Notes: generated by a model not told the origin, from the sequence alone. DNA of 64,000 nt from Pseudomonadota bacterium (GCA_038040175.1 JBBPIT010000009.1:6931-70930), one strand, 5' to 3'. Counted from the first letter of the stretch, positions 1-9,865 are shown. Made by a program: numbers and translations.

Positions 1-1426
1 TCGCTGGAATTTCCTTCACCGTGTAACGCATGGGCCAGTGCATCGCGGCGACAAAGGCGATCCCCGTGCGCGTGTCGAAGGAAACCGGCGACCAACTGGC
101 GCCTCCGGCACCGCCCGGCGCGATCTCGATGCCTTCCGCGGTAGGTCGCTTGAACAAATTCTGCTGCGGCACGAAGGCGTCGGACTTGAAGAGCAACCGG
201 CCGTCGCGGCGATCCATCACATAGAACCATCCCGTTTTGCCCGCCTGGCCTATGGCCGGAATCGTGTCGTAGCCCTTGGGCACATCAAACAGTACAGGGG
301 GACTTGCCACGTCGTAGCCCCACATGTCGTGCGGGACTTCCTGGTAGTACCACTTGACCGCGCCCGAGTCGGCGTCCAGTGCAACGAGAGACACCGTGTA
401 GAGGTTGTCACCCGGTCGCGTCAAATCATCCATCTGCGGCGAGGGGTTGCCGACACCGACATAGATCAGATTTTCCTTCGGGTCGATGGCGGGAGTGGTC
501 CAAGCTGATCCGCCACCGCGATTTGCCGCGTCTGAATACTGCGCAAGCGTGGCGCGTTCCCTTCCGATGTCTCGTTCCAGCTTGGCACCGTCGGCAGTGG
601 TCTCACGAAACTCACCTTCCCACCCGGAAGTCGGCGTGGAGTCGAATTGCCAGATCTTCTTTCCGGTATTGGCGTCGAATGCTGCGTAGAAGCCCGCTCG
701 CTGGCTCTGTCCCGCGATACCGACGACTGCCCCGAGCGGCGCTCCCGTACGCTCGGAATCCAGATGCAATCCGTAGCCCACACCCGTGATGCCGATGATG
801 ACCTTGCCCTTGTAGACCAGGGGGGCCATATTCGCGCCCACGCCGGTGGACCCACTTACGCGACTGTTACGAAGCGGATCATCGGCACCAAGCTGATCGG
901 TTCTCTCCGTCGCGCCATCGAGGTCCTCCACCAGCGGAATATCCCAGACCGGCTTGCCGCTGTTCTGATCCAAGGCGATCAAACGCGCATCCACCGTGCC
1001 GATGAACACCTTACCGTAGGCCACCGCCACGCCACGATTGGCGGGACCGCAACACATCTTCTCCGTACGCCGCCGGTGCTGATAACGCCACAGTTCCTTG
1101 CCTGTCTTCGCGTCCAGCGCAACAACGTGGCTGAACGGCAGGGACAGGTACATCACACCGTCCGCCACGATAGGCGTGGTTTGGAAGGTGGACGACACGC
1201 CGCTCTTGAAGGTCCAGCGCGGGGCCAGGCTCTTGACGTTGCTCTTGTTGATCTGCGTGAGCGGGGAGAAGCGCTGATTGCCGTAATCCCGGCCGTGACT
1301 CAGCCAGTTGCTCAAGTCCACCTGAGCGTTGAGCAGCCGGTTGTCGTCGATGATCCCTGCCTCGCCATTGGCGTTGAGCGAACAACCCAGAGCCACGAAA
1401 CCAAGCGCTAATACGTGATGACGCAT
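1..1426 (-). CDS. PQQ-dependent dehydrogenase (quinoprotein alcohol/glucose dehydrogenase family), C-terminus cut by window edge
   Basis: Absent from the ORF track because it runs off the window. My minus-strand translation from the ATG at 1426 gives MRHHVLALGFVALGCSLNANG (signal peptide). It continues with WLSHGRDYGNQRFSPL, TPIVADGVMYL, ALDAKTGKELW, CCGPANRGVAVAYGKVFIG, ALDQNSGKPVW and ALDADSGAVKWYYQEVPHDMWGYD, which are typical PQQ beta-propeller repeats. Confidence 0.85.
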   Translation of the reverse strand, partial: MRHHVLALGFVALGCSLNANGEAGIIDDNRLLNAQVDLSNWLSHGRDYGNQRFSPLTQINKSNVKSLAPRWTFKSGVSSTFQTTPIVADGVMYLSLPFSHVVALDAKTGKELWRYQHRRRTEKMCCGPANRGVAVAYGKVFIGTVDARLIALDQNSGKPVWDIPLVEDLDGATERTDQLGADDPLRNSRVSGSTGVGANMAPLVYKGKVIIGITGVGYGLHLDSERTGAPLGAVVGIAGQSQRAGFYAAFDANTGKKIWQFDSTPTSGWEGEFRETTADGAKLERDIGRERATLAQYSDAANRGGGSAWTTPAIDPKENLIYVGVGNPSPQMDDLTRPGDNLYTVSLVALDADSGAVKWYYQEVPHDMWGYDVASPPVLFDVPKGYDTIPAIGQAGKTGWFYVMDRRDGRLLFKSDAFVPQQNLFKRPTAEGIEIAPGGAGGASWSPVSFDTRTGIAFVAAMHWPMRYTVKEIPA

Positions 1427-1513
1427 GATCAATCTCCCCCACAAAAACGTTAGGCAGAATTCTACTTCTGGCCTGAAACGCACGCTTTAATGTACAGCGC
1501 GTCACGGCAGGGT

Positions 1514-1556
1514 CAGGTCTTGAGTCTTGAGTCTTGAATTCAAGGTTCAAGACCTG
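1514..1556. repeat. Intergenic hairpin built from tandem heptamers (GTCTTGA x3 / TTCAAGG-TTCAAGAC) centred on GAATTC
   Basis: The sequence reads caggtcttgagtcttgagtcttgaattcaaggttcaagacctg. It lies between two minus-strand genes. Confidence 0.85.
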
Positions 1557-1708
1557 AGGTAACCCCGCTTGTTCTCTGTTTGTCTGTTTTCTTGCCAAAA
1601 CACTGAACAAATCCCCCTAATCCCCGCCTCCGGCCGGTGCGTAGGAATTTTTGTAGGCGGCTGGTTGCGTCACGATCCATCGCGCCGCGTCTGTCCCGCA
1701 TCACCCGC

Positions 1709-3868
1709 TCACCTGGCGAGCGGATCGGGCCTAAGCTGGAACTTAAAGACCCTGGGCAGGCTTTTCGTCCCGCCTTCCGAATGGAACGGTGACCGCGTCG
1801 AGTTTGTCGCCCAGAGCGCCCGGCCTTTCCACCCGGCTTTGGGATCGTCGATGCGCCCTTCCGCCCACTTCGGGAAGAAGCCCATGGGGTAGGGCACGCG
1901 CAGCGTCACGAACTTGCCGTCTACCAGCGCGAAGTACGAATCGCTGGTGTTGCCCGTCGCAATCGGCACGTTGGCGCCGAGCCCCAGCGTGTTGAACCAG
2001 TCCACCCAGACGTAGTAACTCGCCTCGGCGCTGCCGTCGTCCTGCACATCCCTGAACTGCGGTCCGGGAAACCGGTACAGCGTCCAGCCCTCGGGGCAAT
2101 GCTTGCCGGTCGCCTTCGGCCCGTTCAACGGTGCCCTGCACTTGCGACGGTCGAAGCTGGCGAGATGGCCGCTCGCAAACGACGCCCAGAAGATGCCGTT
2201 GCGGTCGATGTCGCCGCCGCGCGCCCCGTAGGCGGGCAATGGCGGCTCGTAGATTTCAGTGAGCGCCGTGTGCGTCGGATCGGATCCGGGGGCGACGCGC
2301 ACGACGTAGCTGGGGAACGGCGCCAACGAAGTTCCCCACACCGAACCGTCGGCCGGATTCACGACGACGCTATAGAGATTGACTGCGACGCGCTTGTCCT
2401 TGCCGGAGTCCAGCGGCTGGTCGGGCTCGACCCATTCGTCGCGCTTGCCGTTGCCGTTCGCGTCAAGGATGAAGGGCGTCCAGCCCTGTGACTTCATCTC
2501 GTCGCCGGTTTTCTCGAACATTTTCCGATCCAGCCAGCCGACCACGCCCGGGCCGCCGACCCCGGCCGAGGCCCACAGCGTATCGTTTGCGTCCTCGGCG
2601 AATATCACATGGTGCGTCGGGAAGCAGGTCGAGATCAGCGTCCACTGGTTCGTTGCCGGGTCGTACATCGACAGATGCCGGTTCGCGCTTTCGAGCGGAA
2701 ACACCTTCGCCGACGGATGGTCCGAGCCCTTCCTGCAATCGTCGGGGTTGTTCGGATGGCGGATGCGCGCCGCGGCCCAGACCCGTCCCTTCTCGTCCAT
2801 CATCTGGTTGTGCGTGCTGGTCTGGCTGTCCCAGATCGGATCCGGCCCCCAGTAAGGCGAGGGCGCCATCGGATCGGTGCGGTGCGAAGGCGTATTCGGA
2901 TCACGCACGGGATGCTTCACCTCCGTCGCCGTGTGCGTAAGCGGATCGAGGACCGGCCAGTAATCGGTGCTGTTCTCGGGCGCGCCGTAGAACTTCCCGT
3001 TGGTATTGACCGTGGGCTTGCGCCGATCGGTCCCGATCAAATCATGCATGTAGGCGTTAGGGCGGCTCCAGTCCCACAACGTCAGCACGAGGTTGCGCTC
3101 GATTCCCTGCGGCCGCTCAGGCTTCGCGAAGGGCAGCTCGCCGGCGGCGATCCGGTCGGTCCAGTCGGCCCACAGCCCGAGCGCCCGCCCGGTGCCGAGC
3201 CGGCCGGCCGCGGTGACCATGTTGTTCATTGCCTGTCCCGAGGCGATGCGCCGTCCCCACGCCTCGGTGGAGTTCATGTGCGCAAAATCCTTCGGAATGG
3301 TGCGCGTGCCCACGGTGCCCAGCGCGTGACACGACATGCAGCCGTTGGTCTTCACGGTGTTGAGCCAGTGGGTCTGCGTCTTCATGCCCGGCTCGATGCC
3401 GTTGCCGTCCGGACCCGTGCCGGGAAATTCGCTTTTCGCCGGAATCTTCAGCAGCGAGTACCAGTAGATCGCCGGGTAATACTCCGCCGCAGTAGCAGCG
3501 CTCGGCGCCACCACCGCGCGCAGGTCGAGGCGTTTTCCCGGTGTGGCCTGGACTTTGGGCGAATCGACCAGTCCGTAACCGCGCACCCACACGCTGTAGC
3601 TGGCCTTCGGCAGATCGGGTATGAGGTAGCGCCCCTGATCGTCGGTAACCACGATCTTGGCAAATTTGGTCGGCAGGTCTGACGTTTCCGCGATCACCCA
3701 CACGCCGGCTTCCGGCCCGTTCGCGCTCTTCACCACCCCGCCGAGATCGTTCTCGCCGATGCGGATCTCCGTACCGCCCTTCCGTGTGCCGGTCCCCGCC
3801 GCGCAGGCGGCGAGCAGCACCGCGATTCCGGCTACCGTGATGCCGCGGCGCAATCCTCCAATCGTCAT
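1709..3868 (-). CDS. Lipoprotein with carboxypeptidase-regulatory-like domain, one CxxCH heme-c motif and a large C-terminal repeat domain
   Basis: ORF 1709..3886, trimmed to the ATG at 3868, which is preceded by GAGGGAG. It has a lipobox-like LLAACAAG. GVWVIAETSDLPTKFAKIVVTDDQGRYLIPDLPKASYSVWVRGYGL resembles a CarboxypepD_reg fold. NGCMSCHALG is a CxxCH motif. Confidence 0.7.
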   Translation of the reverse strand: MTIGGLRRGITVAGIAVLLAACAAGTGTRKGGTEIRIGENDLGGVVKSANGPEAGVWVIAETSDLPTKFAKIVVTDDQGRYLIPDLPKASYSVWVRGYGLVDSPKVQATPGKRLDLRAVVAPSAATAAEYYPAIYWYSLLKIPAKSEFPGTGPDGNGIEPGMKTQTHWLNTVKTNGCMSCHALGTVGTRTIPKDFAHMNSTEAWGRRIASGQAMNNMVTAAGRLGTGRALGLWADWTDRIAAGELPFAKPERPQGIERNLVLTLWDWSRPNAYMHDLIGTDRRKPTVNTNGKFYGAPENSTDYWPVLDPLTHTATEVKHPVRDPNTPSHRTDPMAPSPYWGPDPIWDSQTSTHNQMMDEKGRVWAAARIRHPNNPDDCRKGSDHPSAKVFPLESANRHLSMYDPATNQWTLISTCFPTHHVIFAEDANDTLWASAGVGGPGVVGWLDRKMFEKTGDEMKSQGWTPFILDANGNGKRDEWVEPDQPLDSGKDKRVAVNLYSVVVNPADGSVWGTSLAPFPSYVVRVAPGSDPTHTALTEIYEPPLPAYGARGGDIDRNGIFWASFASGHLASFDRRKCRAPLNGPKATGKHCPEGWTLYRFPGPQFRDVQDDGSAEASYYVWVDWFNTLGLGANVPIATGNTSDSYFALVDGKFVTLRVPYPMGFFPKWAEGRIDDPKAGWKGRALWATNSTRSPFHSEGGTKSLPRVFKFQLRPDPLAR

Positions 3869-3985
3869 GTTTGTGCTCCCTCTCAAGGTTGTGATCGGTC
3901 GGTGGTGTCGGCGGAAATATTCCAGAACCGAAGCGCTAGAAAACTCCCCGGAGACGTTCGACGAACCCGACTTTGCCGCCGCGCG

Positions 3986-4333
3986 CTATCTCCGGAACGC
4001 GTCGCCATAGCGCTCGGGAGCAAAACCAACCAACAAATCCTTGCCGTTTTCCAGCACAGGGCGCTTGATCAGACTCGGATTCTCGCTCATCAGCCGCAAC
4101 GCCTTGGCTTCGTCGAGATTCACCTGTTGCGCCGGCGACAGCTTGCGCCAGGTAGTGCCGCGCGTGTTGAGCAGCGTTTCCCAGCCGACACGCTTTGACC
4201 AGTCTTTCAATCGGGCGAGATCGATGCCCGCCGCTTTGTAATCGTGGAAGTCGTAACGTACGCCGTGATCATCCAGCCAGGCGAACGCCTTCTTCATGGT
4301 GTCGCAGTTCCTGATTCCGTAGATAGTGGGCAA
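3986..4333 (-). CDS. ArsC/Spx/YffB-family reductase-like protein
   Basis: 115 aa, (TTG)PTIYGIRNCDTMKKAFAWLDDHGVRYDFHDYK...LIKRPVLE, the typical ArsC-family/YffB pattern. The TTG start is directly preceded by the repeat array. Confidence 0.8.
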   Translation of the reverse strand: MPTIYGIRNCDTMKKAFAWLDDHGVRYDFHDYKAAGIDLARLKDWSKRVGWETLLNTRGTTWRKLSPAQQVNLDEAKALRLMSENPSLIKRPVLENGKDLLVGFAPERYGDAFRR

Positions 4334-4334
4334 A

Positions 4335-4482
4335 GGCGTGAGGCGAGAGGCGTGAGGCGAGAGGCGTGAGGCGAGAGGCGTAAGAGCAGGGCTTAGTGGC
4401 TTACTTTCTCGTGTTTACCCTTCACCCTTCACTCATTCCCCCTTCACTGCCCTTGTCACCCTTCACTCCTTCACCCTTCACG
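4335..4482. repeat. Two-armed heptamer-repeat element: (GGCGTGAGGCGAGA)x3 plus a degenerate copy, about 30-bp spacer, then CCTTCAC-type array
   Basis: Left arm 4335-4390, right arm 4417-4482 (tttacccttcacccttcactcattcccccttcactgcccttgtcacccttcactccttcacccttcacg). It fills the whole spacer between the stop of the FAD oxidase gene and the start of the arsC-like gene. Confidence 0.9.
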
Positions 4483-4486
4483 ATTT

Positions 4487-5872
4487 TTACAGAGTAAAAA
4501 TCTTCCCCGGATTCATGATGTTTTGCGGGTCGAGGGCCTTCTTGACCTGGCGCATCACGCTGACCGCTTCGCCGTGTTCGGCGATGAGGAACTTCATCTT
4601 GCCCAGTCCGATGCCGTGCTCGCCGGTGCAGGTGCCGTCCATCGCCAGCGCGCGCATCACCAGCCGCTCGTTCATCCGCTCGGCTTCGGCGATTTCCTTC
4701 GGATCGTCGCGATTGATCAGGAATCCGAGGTGGAAGTTGCCGTCGCCGACGTGGCCGACCAGTGGCGCGGTGAGGAAGCTTTTTTTCAGGTCCTTCTTGG
4801 TCTCGAGGATGCATTCAGCGAGGCGGGAGATCGGAACGCACACGTCGGTCGCCCAGATTTCGCAGCCGGGACGCAGCGCCTTGTTGGCGTAAGTCACATC
4901 GTGGCGCGCCGTCCACAGCGCGTTACGGTCTTCCGTCTTGGTCGCCCATTTGAATTCGCCGCCGCCGTTTTCCGCGGCGATCGACTGCACCATTTCCGCC
5001 TGTTCCTTGACGCCCGCGTCGGTTCCGTGGAATTCGACGAACAGCGTGTCCTTGACCGGATAGTTCAGCTTGGAGAACTTGTTCACCGAATCCATCTGCA
5101 CGTCATCGAGCAGCTCGATGCGCGCGACCGGAATGCCGAGCTGGATGGTCTGGATCACGGTGTTGACCGCGCCTTCGATGCTGTCGAACGAGCATACGGC
5201 CGCCGCCATCGCTTCGGGAATGCCGTACAGGCGCAGCGTCACTTCGGTGATGATGCCGAGCGTGCCTTCGGAGCCGACGAACAGGCGGGTGAGGTCGTAA
5301 CCGGCGGCGGATTTGCGCGCGCGCCGCGAGGTGCGGATGATGCGGCCGTCGGCGAGCACCACGGTCAACGCCAGCACGTTCTCGCGCATGGTGCCGTAGC
5401 GAACCGCGTTGGTGCCGGAGGCGCGTGTCGCGGCCATGCCGCCCAGAGAGGCATCCGCACCCGGATCGATGGGGAAGAACAGGCCCTGGTCGCGGATGTG
5501 CGCGTTCAACTCTTTGCGGGTCACGCGTGCCTGCACGGTGACGTCGAGATCTTCCGCGCTGACCCGCAGGACCTGATTCATGTTCATCAGATCCACCACC
5601 ACGCCGCCCAGGTGAGGGATGACGTTGCCCTCGAGCGAGGTGCCGGTGCCGTAGGCCACCACCGGCGTGTTGTGCCGGGCGCATATACGGACGATCTCAG
5701 CGACTTCCTCGGTGGTATTCGGGAATACCACCGCGTCCGGCCGGTGCGGGTGATGCCAGGATTCGTCCTTGCTGTGGTGGTCGCGCACCCCGGTGCTGGT
5801 GGAAAGTCGCTCACCGAAGATGGCCTTCAGCTCGTCGATGGCGGACTGGAGCTCTATTGCGGGGAGGCTCAT
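4487..5872 (-). CDS. FAD-linked oxidase (D-lactate dehydrogenase / GlcD-like)
   Basis: 461 aa. The N-terminal FAD-binding PCMH pattern is PDAVVFPNTTEEVAEIVRICARHNTPVVAYGTGTSLEGN. The C-terminal pattern is HVGDGNFH...GTCTGEHGIGLGK. Confidence 0.85.
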   Translation of the reverse strand: MSLPAIELQSAIDELKAIFGERLSTSTGVRDHHSKDESWHHPHRPDAVVFPNTTEEVAEIVRICARHNTPVVAYGTGTSLEGNVIPHLGGVVVDLMNMNQVLRVSAEDLDVTVQARVTRKELNAHIRDQGLFFPIDPGADASLGGMAATRASGTNAVRYGTMRENVLALTVVLADGRIIRTSRRARKSAAGYDLTRLFVGSEGTLGIITEVTLRLYGIPEAMAAAVCSFDSIEGAVNTVIQTIQLGIPVARIELLDDVQMDSVNKFSKLNYPVKDTLFVEFHGTDAGVKEQAEMVQSIAAENGGGEFKWATKTEDRNALWTARHDVTYANKALRPGCEIWATDVCVPISRLAECILETKKDLKKSFLTAPLVGHVGDGNFHLGFLINRDDPKEIAEAERMNERLVMRALAMDGTCTGEHGIGLGKMKFLIAEHGEAVSVMRQVKKALDPQNIMNPGKIFTL

Positions 5873-6017
5873 TCGGATTTCCTCGGGAAGATAGGTTGCA
5901 TGTGACGGGGAAAGTCAAATCTTACCGCAAGGGCGCCTTGTCGACCCGTGTGTGCGGTGCAGGTTGCGGGTATCCCTATCATCAGCTACTTTGAGGCCCT
6001 TGGGAATCGCGAAGGGA

Positions 6018-7433
6018 ATGGCAATGCGAGCTGTGTCAGTCGGGGGGGCGGCAATCGTGCTGGTGTCCGGCTTGGCGGTGCCGGCGGCACTGGATGAGAT
6101 TCCGGTGGCGGCGCTTTCGGCCGGCAGTTTTACCGTCGCGCTCGCCGACCGTACCGCGTTCTCCGAACCGGCGCCGGTACTCGATTACCGGCAGAGAGAG
6201 AAATTCCTGCGGGGGCGGCAGCATTTCAACCAGAAATGGGTGGTTGCCCCGTCCCTCGGCGGCGATTGGGGGTTGGGCCCGACTTTCATCGCTGACCGAT
6301 GCTCGGGTTGCCACGTCGGTGGTGGGCGCGGCGACACCCCGAAGTCGGCGGACCAGCAACTGTTTTCGGTTTTGGTACGCATTTCGATCCCGGGCAAAGA
6401 TGAGCATGGGGGGCCGAAGCCGCACCCGGACTACGGCGACCAAATCCAGAACCAGGGCCTCATGGGGCAGGACCGCGACGCGACGTATCTGGGGGAACGC
6501 GTGCCGCAGGAAGCCAATCTGTATCTCGACTGGCAGGAAACGCCTGCCACGTTCGCGGACGGCGAAAAAGTCACGTTGCGCAAGCCGCGGCTGCGAGTGG
6601 AGAAGCTCAAATTTGGGCCGCTCGGCCCCGAGGTGATGTACTCATTGCGGATCGCGGTGCCGACTTTCGGACTGGGACTGCTCGAAGCGGTGAGCGAGGC
6701 TGACATTCTCGCCATTGCCGAGAGGCAAAAAGTGCAAGGCGTGAACGGGCGCCCGAATTACGTCTGGGACGCAATCGGCAAACGCGTGGCGCTGGGACGG
6801 TTCGGCTGGAAATCGAATCAGCCGTCGATCAGGCAGCAGATCGCCGCGGCGTTTCACGGCGACATCGGCGTGACCTCGCCGGTTTTCGACAGGGAGAATT
6901 GTCCGCCGGTGCAGGCAGATTGCGCATATCAGCCGCCGGGCAACCAGCCGGAACTCGTTGAGGTCAACTGGGACGAACTGGAGTTCTGGACCCGGGCGCT
7001 TGCCGTGCCGGCACGCCGGGGTGTCGATACCCCGGGTTACAAGCGCGGGGAACGGCTATTCGTCGAGGCGCAATGCGCGGTCTGCCATGTGCCGGAGATG
7101 AAGGCCGGGGTGCTGCCGGGACTGTCGCAGATCCAGGGCCAGGTTTTTCATGCCTACACCGATCTGCTTCTGCACGACATGGGCGAGGAGCTTGCCGATG
7201 GACGCCCCGACTTCAAGGCCGGACCGCGCGACTGGCGCACCCCGCCGCTGTGGGGACTCGGCTTGTCGCAGACTGTGAACGCAAGCACAGCGATGCTGCA
7301 CGACGGCCGCGCCCGCAACGCCACCGAAGCCATCCTCTGGCACGGCGGCGAAGCAGAGACCGCACGCGAGGCATTTCGAAACATGCCGAAGGCGGATCGG
7401 GAGGCGCTCCTCAAGTTTCTCTCCTCGATTTGA
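6018..7433 (+). CDS. DUF1111-type di-heme oxidoreductase (putative peroxidase/thiol oxidoreductase family)
   Basis: ORF 5952..7433, with the likely start at MAMRAVS (6018). Two CxxCH motifs are present (CSGCHVGGGRG and CAVCHVPEM). The tail RTPPLWGLG...LHDGRARNATEAILWHGGEA is characteristic of DUF1111 as I remember it. Confidence 0.75.
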   Translation: MAMRAVSVGGAAIVLVSGLAVPAALDEIPVAALSAGSFTVALADRTAFSEPAPVLDYRQREKFLRGRQHFNQKWVVAPSLGGDWGLGPTFIADRCSGCHVGGGRGDTPKSADQQLFSVLVRISIPGKDEHGGPKPHPDYGDQIQNQGLMGQDRDATYLGERVPQEANLYLDWQETPATFADGEKVTLRKPRLRVEKLKFGPLGPEVMYSLRIAVPTFGLGLLEAVSEADILAIAERQKVQGVNGRPNYVWDAIGKRVALGRFGWKSNQPSIRQQIAAAFHGDIGVTSPVFDRENCPPVQADCAYQPPGNQPELVEVNWDELEFWTRALAVPARRGVDTPGYKRGERLFVEAQCAVCHVPEMKAGVLPGLSQIQGQVFHAYTDLLLHDMGEELADGRPDFKAGPRDWRTPPLWGLGLSQTVNASTAMLHDGRARNATEAILWHGGEAETAREAFRNMPKADREALLKFLSSI

Positions 7434-7450
7434 ATGGCTGTCGGAGTGAT

Positions 7451-8035
7451 ATGCGGCTGATCACCTGTTGCGGGCGCACGCTAGGCGGTCGGGCTTGGGT
7501 GGCGATCCTTGGGTTCGGAGCGCTCGCCTGGCTGCCGTTTGAAGCGGCCGCCGCCACACCTGAGGAACTGCTCGCCCGCTACGAAAGGGAAGCGCGCGCC
7601 GAAGCGCCGGCATTTCACGGTTTTTCCGCCGAAGAAGGACGGATGTTCTATTTTCAGAAATACCCGGTGCCGATTCTTGGCGAAGTCGGCTGCGTATCCT
7701 GCCATTTGCAGGACCCTCGCCGGTCCGTCATGCGCCATCGCACGAAAATCCCCTGCCGCGCATGCCACGTCATCGACGACGCCGAGCACGTTGACCCGGT
7801 GAACGCCAAGAAACGGGAAATCAACGCGTTCGCCCCCGTAGCCAATCCGCGCAGATTCACCGATCCGAAAATAGTGGAGAAATGGTTCCAGTTGAACTGC
7901 AACTACGTGCTCAAGCGTTCCTGTACGGCCACTGAAAAGGGCAATCTTCTGGCCTGGGTACTCAGCCTGGAGCGGAGCGCCATGGACAACAAGCCGGAGT
8001 TGGGGAAAGAGTACGAGTGGTTGCTCACGGAATGA
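7451..8035 (+). CDS. Putative secreted di-heme cytochrome c (DUF1924-like)
   Basis: Internal ATG of ORF 7073..8035, giving MRLITCCGRTLGGRAWVAILGFGALAWLPFEAAAA as the signal peptide. Two CxxCH motifs are present (CVSCH, CRACH). Confidence 0.6.
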   Translation: MRLITCCGRTLGGRAWVAILGFGALAWLPFEAAAATPEELLARYEREARAEAPAFHGFSAEEGRMFYFQKYPVPILGEVGCVSCHLQDPRRSVMRHRTKIPCRACHVIDDAEHVDPVNAKKREINAFAPVANPRRFTDPKIVEKWFQLNCNYVLKRSCTATEKGNLLAWVLSLERSAMDNKPELGKEYEWLLTE

Positions 8036-8160
8036 ACGGCCTCGCGGGATTGACCGGCCGCGCTCGCGCGGGGCGCCGTCTCTGAATCGGCAGGCGGATT
8101 ACCCGGAGCGCCCATTGCGGGCGCCTGGATTGCCGCGGGCATAGCTCTGGTGCGGCGACG

Positions 8161-8188
8161 ATAAAAAAGCCGGGGACAAGCCCCGGCT
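8161..8188 (-). terminator. Rho-independent terminator after the amidohydrolase gene
   Basis: Stem AGCCGGGG/CCCCGGCT with a 5-nt loop. The plus-strand A-run ataaaaaa becomes a U-tract on the minus-strand transcript. Confidence 0.7.
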
Positions 8189-8207
8189 TGAATTGTCGGA
8201 CGAACCC

Positions 8208-9755
8208 TCAAACAGCAGGGATGCCTGTGTAGTTGCTCTTGGCGACATACCCGTAAGCGGCGTTGCTGCGCTCGCCGCCCATGGCGATGTAGTCGGCTTT
8301 GATCTGGGCGATTTGATCCTGGGTGAAGGGTTTGCCTTCCGTGATCTTCATGTCGAGCTGGTACAAGTGCGCGCAGTTCAGTCCGAAGATTTTCTGTTTG
8401 ACCTCGCTGTTCGGCCCGCCAAGGCGGGTTTTCCACTTGAACTTCTTCATGATGTCGTCCGGTATCTCGATCCGGCGCATGGCTTCGATCTGCCACTGTG
8501 GGCTGCCGTACCACACCGAGTCGGAGCCCCATACCACCCGCTCTGCCCCCATCATATTCACCAACTGGCCGAGGAACGCGGCGCAGAAGCGCGGGTTGGT
8601 GACCGCGGTGCTGGCGAACACACTGCCCAGTTCGGCGTACACGTTGTTCACGCCGAACTTATCCGGGATGCGCGCCAGGTCGGTGGCCCACTCGACATAG
8701 CCTGTATCCAGGAAGGCCTGCAGATCCTTGTCGGGCTGATCGGCCAGCCAGGGGCGCAGCGCTGCGTGGTAAATGACGAAATTCATTCCCGGCCAATCCT
8801 TGGCAGCCTTGCCCAGGTCTCGTACCGTGGCGCTTTCCCAAGTACCCGCGAAGGCCTTCTCGTAGTCGCGCGGCATCAGCCCCTTGTGGATGCAGATGGT
8901 ATTGATGCCCGACTTGATCGCCTTCTCGTAGAACGGGTACATCAGTTTTTCGTCATCCAGGCGCCATGCGTACTTGGACGGCCCGAACGGATCGCCGATG
9001 GTGTAGGACTTCCAGGAGACCGGATGTAGCGTGTCAATGGCGCGATCCACTTCGTCCATCCAGTTCGGGTACTTCGGCGTGATGATCGTGTGGCCAAGCA
9101 TACGAGTGCCGCCGGCCATCTTGTTCACGGAGCGGCAGGCGTTCTGGATCGCGTCGTTGGACAACAGCCACCAGCTCGGATCGTCGAACGGCGCGCCCGA
9201 CAGCAGCGACATCTTGGTATCGCTGTCGAGGAAAATCTCCTTCAGGTAGTTGTCCATCTTGTAGCGCGACAGGGTCAGTGGCACCGACATGATGTCGGGG
9301 TTGACCTTTGCGTTCACCGCCCACTTGGTCAGTCCGAGCAGACCTTCCTGCTTGAAGTCATCGCGTATGAAGTGGGTCTGGTCATCGAAAATGAACTGGC
9401 CGGCAAGCTGGCCGGCCCGGTATTTCGACATTTCCATGTCGGCCGCCTCAGCCTCGGAAACATCCCAGACCGGGCCGAAAACCTTGTTCATCGCCAGAAA
9501 CGCTGTCGCCATGCCGGCACTGCTTGCCAGAAACTGGCGGCGGCTGATGTTGTGGCGTTTGGCCTGAACGTCGGCCAACTCCTTGATCAGGCCCTCGACC
9601 TTCTTCTGGTCATCGGTTTGGGGCAGCGGGTTGTACTCGCCATTGGAGACGACCTGCGTTGGAACCGGCGAGCGAAATGCCACCTCGTCCGCCGGCGCGA
9701 CGAGCTTCATCTCGTCGTCGCTCATATGCACGCCAATATGTCTTTGAATTGTCAT
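8208..9755 (-). CDS. Tat-exported amidohydrolase-family (TIM-barrel metal hydrolase) protein
   Basis: 515 aa with a twin-arginine signal SRRQFLASSAGMATAFLAMN. The long C-terminal part resembles amidohydrolase_2-type proteins (ICIHKG...VIYHAA...VVWGSDSVWYGSPQ). Confidence 0.65.
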   Translation of the reverse strand: MTIQRHIGVHMSDDEMKLVAPADEVAFRSPVPTQVVSNGEYNPLPQTDDQKKVEGLIKELADVQAKRHNISRRQFLASSAGMATAFLAMNKVFGPVWDVSEAEAADMEMSKYRAGQLAGQFIFDDQTHFIRDDFKQEGLLGLTKWAVNAKVNPDIMSVPLTLSRYKMDNYLKEIFLDSDTKMSLLSGAPFDDPSWWLLSNDAIQNACRSVNKMAGGTRMLGHTIITPKYPNWMDEVDRAIDTLHPVSWKSYTIGDPFGPSKYAWRLDDEKLMYPFYEKAIKSGINTICIHKGLMPRDYEKAFAGTWESATVRDLGKAAKDWPGMNFVIYHAALRPWLADQPDKDLQAFLDTGYVEWATDLARIPDKFGVNNVYAELGSVFASTAVTNPRFCAAFLGQLVNMMGAERVVWGSDSVWYGSPQWQIEAMRRIEIPDDIMKKFKWKTRLGGPNSEVKQKIFGLNCAHLYQLDMKITEGKPFTQDQIAQIKADYIAMGGERSNAAYGYVAKSNYTGIPAV

Positions 9756-9865
9756 GACTCCTCCTTGCTGGGCGTTACGTTGGAATAAAGTCGCGCTAAT
9801 CTTTCGACACGACTGCTTGAAGCAAACTCAAACCGGAAGTTGGCGCCCGGCCGAAACCTGCCGCT

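Noticed and set aside
4523-5905. Very long antisense ORFs opposite clearly assignable genes. Examples are 4523..5905 (+), 13133..14500 (-), 14916..16244 (-), 33437..34582 (-), 46453..47958 (-), 55409..57007 (-), 57056..58534 (-) and 62028..62843 (-).
   Set aside because: These are typical shadow ORFs of GC-rich DNA. Their translations are Arg/Ala/Gly/His-rich with no recognisable domains, and each is fully covered by a strongly supported gene on the other strand.
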